A stretch of 64,000 nucleotides of DNA. It comes from Mizuhopecten yessoensis. Taxonomy: Eukaryota. Below, piece after piece: positions 11,701 to 23,700 of this stretch (the first letter of the stretch is position 1; each line of letters starts with the position of its first letter). The stretch lies in NCBI RefSeq assembly GCF_002113885.1, contig NW_018404676.1, positions 879,740-943,739 on the forward strand, given 5' to 3'. The notes below the pieces were generated by a model. That model was not told the origin of the DNA. It did no database searches and was given only the letters and a program-made list of their open reading frames with translations. The translations under genes were made by a program, and so were the position numbers.

Positions 11701-14700
11701 CTTCATGGCAAATAAGTAGGACAATAAAACATACTCATTTTGTCACAACTACCGTATTTATCCTCAAACAAGCCCCCACCCCTAGTGAAAAATGATTGAC
11801 CAAATGTAGGGGAGTGAGGGGCTTAGTTGCAGGCATCTACCCTGTTCCAAGGACTTCTCAAAGTTTGGGAGTGGGCTTATTTGGGAGTGGGTGCTTAATT
11901 GGGAGTGGGTGCTTATTTGCAGTCAAATACGGTAGGCATTCATGATATGCTCTTTCTTTTCAGGTTTGAGAGATTGAAGCCAGAAGTGAAGAGGAGGAAA
12001 GGCCTGCTTCAGGACTCGCTGCATTTCTATCAGTTCAAGTTTGATGCAGATGAAGAGATCATTTGGATCAAAGAACACCTGCCTGCTGCCTCCTCAACAG
12101 AGTACGGCAAAAGTTTGGTGGACGCCCAGAACCTACACAAAAAACACCAGGTACTTGTTAGGCCTCTACACAAAAAACACCAGGTACTTGTTAGGCCTCT
12201 ACACAAAAAACACCAGGTACTTGTTAGGCCTCTACACAAACAACCCCAGGTACTGGTTAGGCCTCTACACAAAAAACACCAGGTACGTGTTAGGCCTCTA
12301 CAAAAAAAACACCAGGTACCTGTTAGGCCTCTACACAAAAAACACCAGGTACTTGTTAGGCCACTACTTCAAAGATAACCAGGTACTTGTTAGGCCTCTA
12401 CACAAAAAACACCAGGTACTTGTTAGGCCTCTACACAAAAAAACCCCAGATACTGGTTAGGCCTCTTCACAAAAAACACCAGGTACTTGTTAGGCCTCTA
12501 CACAAAAAAAACCAGGTACTGGTTAGGCCTCTTCACAAAAAACACCAGGTATGTGTTAGGCCTCTACACAAAAAACACCAGGTACTTGTTAGGCCTCTAC
12601 TTCAAAGAACACCAAAGCTAAGCATTCACAACATCAAGGTATTCTAAGAATGTCAAGGTCATTCCAAAAGGTCAAAAATCAATCATGCCAAGAAATGGAT
12701 TCACCTATACAAGATGAGAAAATTTGATTGAAACATAGAGTTATGCTTCATAAGCGAAGAATTATTTTCATCATTTGATTGTATTATGTACCTATCTATG
12801 CCTGTATATCTGTTTCTACCTGTATACACGTCTTTATATATAGAAACACAAACTAGTAATATTTAGTCACCCCACCATCATTCAGAAGGTATACTTACAC
12901 CTGTATGCTAGTTTAACTAAATTCTGTTACCTGTATACACCTGTATTTGTAGAAACTTGACCTGGAGATCCTAGGCCATCACCCCATCATTGAAAAGGTG
13001 CTGGGTACGGGGGAGAAGCTGATGGAAGAACGCCACTCCAGTGCCAAACAGATCAAAGACAAGTGCCAGGAACTACAATTGTCCTGGGATGACCTCGCCA
13101 ACAAGTCCAAGATACGCAAGAAGAACCTTGACCTCTCCGTCCAGATCCAGAGGGTCAGTATTTGGTCAATGACTAAAAGTGCATAACACTCATTAGAAGA
13201 CAAAAAAAAGAATGAAATATTTCTATAAGTGAAAAAGCCAAATTTTTGTCAGTTACTTAAATTTGTGAATTTTATGGTACAAGTATTTGTCTAATGTACT
13301 GGTGTGTATGACCTTTGTTGACCTTGATCATGTTGTACTACACAGTACCTGTCGGAGGTTGCAGAAGTCGAGAACTGGATTAATGACAAGATGGTGCTAG
13401 TAACAAACACAGACTACGGTAAAGACCAGTCGGCAGCAGATAAAATGCTCACCAAGAACAAGGTAGGGATTACTAATATGCAGACTTAAGCAGTGACACA
13501 TATTTGCATAATTGAGTGACTTAATGGTTTTAAAATTGCAATATCAAGATGTTTTGAGAACATTAACAAAAAAGGGTGTTATTTCATGACTACCATCCAG
13601 TCTTCATTCTGGGGTGTTACAATAGGTGACAATACAAGTGTATAGTATATAGATTTGACAATGATGTATAGATAGTATGATACAAGTGTATAGTGTATAG
13701 CTATGACAATGATGTATAGATTGTATGATACTGTAGTGAAACAATTAATTACTGTTACCACTGGTCTACCGACAGGTGCTTGAGACTGACATTCAGACAT
13801 ACCAGGGCATAGTAACGGGACTTAGTAAGGAGGCCCAGAGGATCTTCAAGATTGGCTGTCAGGATCCGTCCAGTCTGAGGAAAGCCCAGGTCTGTAGACC
13901 ATCAGGTCAAACAAGGTTATAACCTTTTAAACAACTGGTTTAAATAGCTTAATAGGAAACTAAATGGCTGCTGATTATTAATCAGTTTAGTAGAAAGTTT
14001 TTTGTGATTTGCCATCCTGAATACTTGCTTACAGGAGGAAGGACAGTTTTATCCTATAAGAAATGGAACTTGTAAATATTAATGAAGAAACCAAGATATA
14101 CAAACAAGGTTCTACTGTATACAGAACCAGATGTTTATTGTATAAATAAATACATGCAGTAAGAAACAAATCCTGATAAAATAAACTAATTCTAAACAAA
14201 GCATTCTTGTACAAAATATATCTGACTATATTTAAACTGAAGCATACTTGTTCTGAATGTTGTAAGCTTTGATTAGTGGTTTTATCTTGCATCTTTCTTC
14301 TGTAGTTGTAGCTGAGATAGTAATTTAGATTAAGTTGTAGTGAAACAGAAGCACTCCGATCAGATTGATCATAATACCTGATATTAAAACTATTTCTTGT
14401 TTAATTTCCAATAATTCTTTTTTCTCAACTAATAGAATTTACTAACTCACTTCTCAATTTTAGGTTATTTTTGATACAGCAGACATATGGAACCTTTGAC
14501 TTCTTTAGAATAAATATTATGAATATAACTGTGTACTTTTTTTTTAGATGATTGAATCCGTTCGCCGCAAGGTTATCAGTTTTATACAAACTACACATAC
14601 TGCTTGTCCTTTGATCAATAGCCCACAATTGATTTTACCTATTCATAATCACATCCCCGATTATATTTGGATCAGCCCAATTATTAAATTGATACAGAAT

Positions 14701-17700
14701 GGATTTGTCCCTGTTCTTGTCATAGAAATGCTGTGCACTGTTGCTAGGCTGAAATAAGCAGTAGTATAGAGTTTCTTGCTGTTTCCTCAACATCCCTGTC
14801 GACTTCCCACTTATATACTAGCAAACTACCAGATACCACTAATATTTCAAGTTATTTTATCAAACTGATGTTCAGATAATTTTTATACAAATTCAAAAGA
14901 TTTAATTGATTCAGAGCTGAATCATTTTACCAACAATACATATTTGGTCAAGTGGTGCAGTGGACAAGGCACTCGCTATTCACCAAGGCGGCCGGGGTTT
15001 GATTCCCTGATCAGACGTGAACAGGTATATATCGGGTCACATATCCGATCACATGGTTTTTGTTTCCGGGTACTCCCGTTTCCACCCATGCTAAGACCCC
15101 CTGTACACTAACATCTGAGCCAACAAGAGTGATTAATATAAGTTGAAATAACTTGTTTCATAAGTGTTGTAAAATAAATAAAGTTCCAAAACGATTTATT
15201 TGGCCTTGAAAGTTGGTGATATCTGGCCCTTTCCTTATCATTTCTTACTTACATCTATCTTTTGTGCTGCTATTCTCTCTGGTTAACGCATTTCAACTTC
15301 ACAGTTACTTGGGATAATGTTCAGTTTATTTGTGACTTGACTGTTTCTGTAGGCACTTGGGATAATGTTCAGTTTATTTGTGATTTGACTGTTCTGTAGG
15401 CACTTGGGATAATGTTCAGTTTATTTGTGATTTGACTGTTTCTGTAGGCACTTGGGATGGAGTCATGTTTAAGTTTAATTACATGCACACTATGGAATGT
15501 TAGACTAGAAACTGCACTCTGTGGAAGCTTTAATTTTAGTTGGCATTATCTTTAAATTGAAATGTGTGTGTAATAAAAAATGTTCTTTTGAATTCCATAA
15601 CATGTTAGATTTTTCTGACTAACCATTAATATGTTCCTGCTATTGATTAATTTTCATTAAATATGAACTGTTCTTTATTAAATATACACTTGTATTAGAT
15701 AGCATAGTATATAGCGTAGTATATAGTTTTTTCTTCCAGTGGAAATTATAAATATACAATATATATATTCTGGAGACCTGCTTTTTAAGAAATTTTGGTT
15801 TGCATTTTTATAATCATAAAAATCTGACGATTTTAGGACAATTTGCAAGACTTCTTAAATAAGCTGAAACGCCTTGCAGCCGAGCGAACCCAGAACCTAG
15901 AAATGTCTAAATGGATGCATGCTTACACCCGTGAAAGTGGTGACCTCGAGGGCTGGATAGAACAGCAAATGCAGATTGCCTCCTCCGAGGAGTACGGCCA
16001 GGATTACGAGTACCTGGTTGTAAGTTTTATACCTGTATGGGTTGTACTTGAGAGAAGGATAATTCATTTAAATTTTGTACAAGAAATTTAGTGTTAAGTA
16101 TGCCCTAATGATCAATTAGAATAAAATGTTTATAAGCAAAGCAAAATAAAAAAATAATGGTGGTTAAATATACCTACGTTTAACACATTTGATGAACCAT
16201 GGTTATAGGCCTCAATTAATAGATGTGTTCCTTTTTTTTAATGAAGAAGATATACCATATTTCAGATTTTGAGGAACAGATTTGATGAGTTCAAGAGATC
16301 TATAGAGGCTGGTGGTGAGAGGTTTAATCAGTGTGAACGTTTGGCAAAGACTCTGCTAGAGGACAATGTCCCATACAAGGAGCAGGTGGAGGAGAGACAG
16401 GATCAACTCAGGTGAGAATACAGTTGTAGGTCAGGTATGTTAGATCATACAGGGAACAGGTGGAGGAGAGACAGGACCTGCTCAGGTGAGAATACAATTG
16501 TAGGTCTGGTATGTTAGATCATACAGGGAACAGGAGGAGGTGAGACGGGACCAACTCAGGTGAGAATACATTTGTAGGTCAGGTATGTTCGATCTCAGGA
16601 TCAACTCAGGTGAGAATACATTTGTAGGTCAGGTATGTTTGATCATACAGAGAACAGGTGGAGGAGAGACAGGATCTTCTCAGGTGAGAATACATTTGTA
16701 GGTCAGGTATGTTTGATCATACAGAGAACAAGTGGAGGAGAGACAGGACCTTCTCAGGTGAGAATACAGTCGTAGGTCAGGTATGTTTGATCATACAGAG
16801 AACAAGTGGAGGAGAGACAGGACCTTCTCAGGTGGGAATACAATTGTAGGTCTGGTATGTTAGATCATACAGAGAACAGGGGGAGGAGAGACAGGACCTT
16901 CTCAGGTGAGAATACAGTTGTAGGTCAGGTATGTTTGATCATACAGAGAACAGGTGAAGGAGAGACAGGACCTTCTCAGGTGAGAATACAATTGTAGGTC
17001 TGGTATGTTAGATCATACAGAGAACAGGTGGAGGAGAGACAGGCCCTTCTCAGGTGAGAATACAGTTGTAAGTCTGGTATGTTAGATCATACAGAGAACA
17101 GGTGGAGGAGAGACAGGATCTTCTCAGGTGAGAATACATTTGTAGGTCAGGTATGTTTGATCATACAGAGAACAAGTGGAGGAGAGACAAGACCTTCTCA
17201 GGTTAGAATACAGTTGTAGGTCAGGTATGTTTGATCATACAGAGACCAGGTGGAGGAGAGACAGGACCTTCTCAGGTGAGAATACAGTTGTAGGTCAGGT
17301 ATGTTTGATCATACAGGGAACAGGTGGTGGCAAGACAGGATCAGCTCAGGTGAGAAAACAGTTGTAGGTCAGGTACATCTTGATGACTCTTGATATATAG
17401 AAACAAAAGGAGAGACAGGTCTATTTCAGGTGGGAACACACCTATAGCTCGAGAGACAGGACCAGTACAGGTGGGAACACACCTATAGCTCGAGAGACAG
17501 GACTAGCACAGGTGGGAACACACCTATAGCTTGAGAGACAGGACTAGCACAGGTGGAAACACACCTATAGCTCGAGAGACATGACTAGGTCAAGTGGGAA
17601 CACACCTATAGACTAGTACAGGTGGGAACACACCTATAGCTCTAGAGACAGGACTAGTATAGGTGGGAACACAACTATAGCTCGAGAGACATGACTAGGT

Positions 17701-20700
17701 CAAGTGGGAACACACCTGTAGACTAGTACAGGTGAAAACACATCTATAGCACAGACATATACATACTGAATAGGTGAATGAGAAAAGGAATCAACTTTTC
17801 TGAAAACTTTGTATAGCTTGGTTATTTCCTGACATCGGTTACTTGCTCAGTCAGTCAGTATTTAGATAGAAGCTGATATAAACTCCTTGTCATGTTTTTG
17901 CAGGGAATCCTGGAACAATTTACTGGAGCAGATTGAGGCAAGGGATCAGAAGTTGTACGGGGCTGGAGAGATCCACAGGTTTAATAGAGATGTGGAGGAG
18001 GCCCTCACCAGAATACAGGTACCACCCACCTCCTATTAACTCCAGCACAGAGCTTGGCTAGTATTGTCCAGCTGACTGCAGGGAGAGCCAATGAACTAAA
18101 TGAAAGATCACTGGACTTATAAAGAAATAAAGACATACAAAACTGGCCGTGTTCACAATGTCATATGTACCAATGGTTAATTTAATTTTGTTTGGAAGTT
18201 TTGTCTTTTTGATGTGACTATAATGGAAAATAAATATTGATTTCTCAACAAAATTAAGTTCCATGATTGTAGCTTGGTTGTATTTGCATGCTGGTAACAA
18301 ATTTACAGAGGAAAACTATGCTTATCATCCTTGTATATAATGATCAACCAGGAAAGAAAGCCATTCAGTGTTAACATTAAAGAAGATCTAGATACAATAT
18401 TGAAGAAAAAAAGTCGGATATAAAGCAGTTTGTTAGAAAGTGTATGGGAAACATTGAATGACTGTAATAACAGATTTTAATTGTTTTATTAGGAAAAATA
18501 CTCAAGTATACCAGATGAACTTGGAAGAGATTTATTCGCTACACAAAGTTACCTCAAGAAACATGAAGGATTTGAAAATGAACTCATTGCATTGGAGGCT
18601 CAGGTTAGTTGTTATAACTACTGAATGTATTCTAAGTATATATCGTAATTTCAGGTACTTTATTTTGAAAATGGAGCTATTGTTTGAATTAAAATAAAAC
18701 AACCATTTTTCGACAAGACTGTAAATTGTTGAAGAACAGCAGACTGATTTAACCGTTACCTGTGTTTTGTGGCGTGATGTGATGAAATTTTGTCTGGTCC
18801 AACAGTTGCAGGTGTTGATTGAGGACTCTGACCGCCTCCAACAGACATATCCGGGGGACAATGCTGCGGAGATAGAGCAGCTCCAGGCTACCGTGGTGGA
18901 GAACTGGGGGGTTCTCCAGGACCGCGCTGCACACAGGAAAGAGGAACTTCTCGCAGCATCTGAACTTCATCGTTTTTCAGCAGATGTAAGTGTTTGGGAA
19001 TACTTCAACTTCTTCAGTTTTGAGCAACTCTTACAGTAATAATGACCCTTGAAAATTAATTGTAATATAGGTTTATCATATCAATATTGTACATGGTTTC
19101 ACTTGTAACAATGACTGGCAGAGTCAAATTGATCTACATTAAGATGTAGTAATATACAGGATAAACTTTCTTTTATTAAGTAATAATGCATTCACCCCTG
19201 AAGACACATTTGAACTCTTCCATTTCAAAGGTTGAAAAAGTTAATTATGAAATTTCAAGGGTGAATGAGTTATATTTCCTTTTAAGATAGAAAATATTTT
19301 GGACAATATTTCAGTATTTCAGGAATCTGTATCATGGAATTTTCCTGATTGTTCTGATTTCATCTTCGAAAGAATTCTCTGAAACAATTATACATGTACC
19401 ATCAAAACATTAAAAGTTTGCTTACACTCCTTTATGACTTGTTGAATTTCTTCTGATGTAGGTACGAGATCTGATGAGCTGGGCCAATGAGACGGAGCAT
19501 GAGATGTTGGCGGAGAAGCCTGTACGCGATGTACACAGTGTAGATATGCTGAAGGGCCGCCATGAGGAACTCAAGGCTGAGATAGACGCTAGGGATGAGA
19601 CATTTACGACCATCTGCCAGACTGGCGAGGCCATGATCCAGGCTGATCATTATGCCAAGGACGAGGTATGTGCATCACCTTTAGGTAGAAATTGAAATTA
19701 TAATTCATCAAAAAATTCTTTAAAACACTAAATTCTTGACTTTTCTTTTAGACTCTTTTTATTTCAAGGCATAGTTATAAAACTTAATCAAACTTTCAAA
19801 ATGTAATAGTTCACTCAAAAAATTAAGACATGTTTAGTCACTGCCTGTACATGTGTAGAATACATTTTTTGTGTATATGTTGATAGATTGAAACAAAGGT
19901 ACAGCAGGTGCAAGACACACAGGAGAAGCTAAAGAAGACGTGGGAGGAGCAGAAGGACTACCATGACAAGCTGTATGACCTACACACCTTCCTGCGTGAT
20001 GCTCAGCAGCTTGATACCATCAGTTCCTCACAGGAGGTAGGTCAGACACTACACTAGATAAGGCTTGGCTTACACTGAAATGGTGCTATAGTTGTAGGAG
20101 ACACGTAATAGAAAATATATAACATGCCAAAGTCACAGAATTCGTAGAATGGAGAATATTATTTAAAGTTGCTGAAAGTGATTGAGGCAAAATAAATGAT
20201 GGCTCTTTTGGTCATGTTTTCATGTGTAAACGATGCCTACAAGTTTATATCAATAGTAAGTTTTACGACAATTCAACGGTTACATTTGATAATGATGTAA
20301 GCACCGAGTATAGTATAACAGGCTGACACAAAGGCCAATTCTCAGTACCTTCTTGATGCATCATAACAGGTGGAATATTTTTCTTACAAATGAACTTATG
20401 GTTAAATATTTGCTGTTCTCTGATTTGCAGGCATATTTGTCCAGCACCGACTTTGGTGCCGACATTGACCAGGTGGAAATGTTCATACGCAAGCATGAAG
20501 CTTTTGACAAAGTGCTGGAAGTCCAGGAAGACAAGGTAAGCCAAGAGATTCCTCCATCATATTGTAACGCGGACTAGCTCCCTCATCCTACCTATTCAAG
20601 CGACTAGACCCCTATTCCAATGTATTGAAAAGACTAGGTCCCTAATCCTACCTATTGGAAAGACTAAACCCCTACTCAATTGTATTGGAAAGACTAGACC

Positions 20701-23700
20701 CCTACTCCAATGTATTGGAAAGACTAGACCCCTACTCCAATGTATTGGAAAGACTAGACCCCTACTGACAATGTATTGGAAAGACAAGTCCCTAATCCTA
20801 CCTATTGGAAAGCCTCAAATTCTCCCACCTTTTAATTGGAAAAACTGAGCATGTTATCCTACTGATAGAAAAGACTAGGCCCTCTGATATCATTTTAAGT
20901 GAATGCACCCACAAACTAAACATAATTCCTAACTTATAAATTATGTTGTTTCTGTTGCCTTTCTGTTGGTTAATTCACATTTAATTAAGTGCAACCTCTA
21001 AAATCTGTTGTGAAGAAGCTTGACGTTGTGATATAATCATTATTATAATAGGCATGCATGATCTTGTATATATCTACTGCAATAATAGATTAATCAGTCA
21101 CAGTTTCTGAAAAATAATGAGTTATTTTGCCTCTAACAGTTGGAAGCGTTGAAAGACCATGGTACCGAGTTGATGAACAGTCGACACTTTGAGGCTCCAC
21201 GAGTCAAAACAACACTGGATGATGTCACTGCTAGGTAAAGTCATCCTGTTGAAATTTAATGTCGAATTACAATCTTTAAAAAAAAATTCTCCTGGGTCCA
21301 ACTTCTTTGTAACTCGCTTAAATGAAATGACATGGTAAGATAGTCAGGCGTGAACCCTGGTTTAAGTCTCTCATGAATTCTTCCAAATTATTGTCAAAAT
21401 ATGAAGTATTATAGATTTATCACCAGATTAAGAATTTGAGCTTGAGCAGAAAATCTGAGTTGGAGCATGAGAACGAATTCATAAATACGTGGCCTGATTA
21501 TTTGAGATTAAAATTTTTGACTTTGCATGAAGAAAATGATGTTTGTACAGATGTGTTTTGATTTCTATAGGCGTGCTGGAATCAAAGACCAGAGTGCTGT
21601 GCGGACTCAGAAACTGGACGATTCCCACCTTTACGCCCAATTCAACAGAGATGTACATGAGGTAAGGTTAAGTGCTGATACAGGGGCTAAGCTTACTATT
21701 CCTTTGTCTCTAAGCAATACACCTGCTTCACTTGTGTAGAGATTTGTTCATATACAGTGATTGGTATTAGGGATTACCGACCTTGACTTTTAATTTGATA
21801 CTGAGAAATTGGTTGTATTCCACCCCTGGCTTCATTAGTCTTCACTGGTTCTTACTTGGAAGTGAGGCACTTGGGTATTTCTATACTTTATAAATGGCAC
21901 AATGTTCGTCATAATTAAGACAGATTTGTTGAAATGTCAACAAAAGGAAGGCAGTTTGGCATGGCTTACTTTCGGGAATTTCATTGCTTTGCTATCTGAA
22001 ATGTGTCTTATACATTGTTGACATAATGACATCATTCAATTATACAAAACCCCTGCCTTTCATTAAGGATGCCCTCTATCTAAATTCCTAGTTAAGGGAG
22101 AAAACAGGTTCCTTGTATTTGTTTAGAACACTTAAGTAAGTAGTTGTGAAATATTTGTTCCTGTTTATGAATAGTTGTCTTTCTGTTTTGTTTTTGTGAT
22201 ACGACTTGTATTAAATGCAGTGTCTATTGACATAATCCCAAATCAATGTGTTACAGTTTGAAGGCTGGGTAGATGACAAACTCAAGGTGGCTTATGAAGA
22301 CAACTTCCAGGATGTGACCGATTTAAATGAAAAGATGAAGAAGTTACAGAAACATCAGGCATTCGAGGCGGAGATAAAAGCTAACATAGAGGGCATTGAG
22401 AAGATCAATGAGGTAAGTTTTGTAGGTACAATGGTGTACATATTTCTTAACAATAAAATGGCTTTTACTATGTAACATGAAATGTTCACCATGTAAAACT
22501 GTTTGTGATTTTAAAATAAATACAACAAATTTAATTGATACTTGACTACTGTTTGTATGAGGTATCCTTGAAAATTTACCATGAAACAATCTAAATGGCT
22601 TCAAATAGCAAAAACCACCCATAGACATTTCATGTTACACAGTACCATGTACACTGGGGTCACTGCTCACCATACAATTGAGAAAAGACAAAGAAGAATA
22701 TTCATCACCAATGTATGCTGCTTGTTAGTCTTTCATTGCCTCCGGGAATAAAACATTTTAATACTGATGGAATCTTTCGCAAAGAATCCAGTTATTCAAT
22801 TGTTTATTAAAAATAAATTGCATCATATTTCTAGATGAAATATTTCTTGGATTTCTGAAAGACACTTTCACGTACCTGGTACGGTCTTGACCTAGCTTTG
22901 GGTGTTACATTGCTGATAATCCCAAATTCATTCATTTCAGAAAGGGAATGAGTTGGTACGCAGAAAGCACCCCGAGTCTGACAGAATTCGCCAGCGTATG
23001 CAGCGGTTCTCCTCCAAGTGGAATGAGCTGTTGCAGGGATCTAGTAACCGTGGCAAAGGTCTGGAGGAGGCCAAGGACATCCTCAAGTTCAACGAGCAGG
23101 TCAACAAAGTGGAGACCTGGATCAGGGACAAGGTCAATATTTGGGTCATATTATGTATCACACAAGTGCTCATAATGATTACGAAATTTATTTGCAATGA
23201 TTCATGTGTGGCAGCTTTCAATTTAAAGTTGAAGACAAAAGAATGCTGAACATAAAGATCAGATTGACATTTAGGTCATTGTCAGTTTCAATGAATCATT
23301 GATTAAAATTACAAAAAGACCATGTATTATTAATCTATTGAAATATAAAATTAAAAAAGAATGGATGTTCATGTGTAGTAGGTAAGTATAGAAAAATGAA
23401 ATATAATAACCAACTTAAAACTAGCATTTTCACCCTTCGCATGGCTCTTCAGGTTTATTATGATCTAAAATATACCTGACGAGTACCTGTGAAGGGTCCA
23501 AGATGTTGGTTTTAAGTTGGTTGTTATTCCTTTGTTTTCTATTATTATGTATAGCTTATTTTTTTTTGAGCTTTGTATGTGAAAAAAATCTGACTTGTTC
23601 CATGTTTTGGTACAGGAGGCACTGGTAAATGCTGGAGACCTTGGTCGTGACTACGAACACTGCTGCGAGCTTCAGAAGAAAGCCGACGACTTGGAATCAG

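Noticed and set aside
9930-15183. tRNA-like sequences at about 9930-10060 and 14946-15020
   Set aside because: No intact acceptor or anticodon stems; the flanking sequence is SINE-like.
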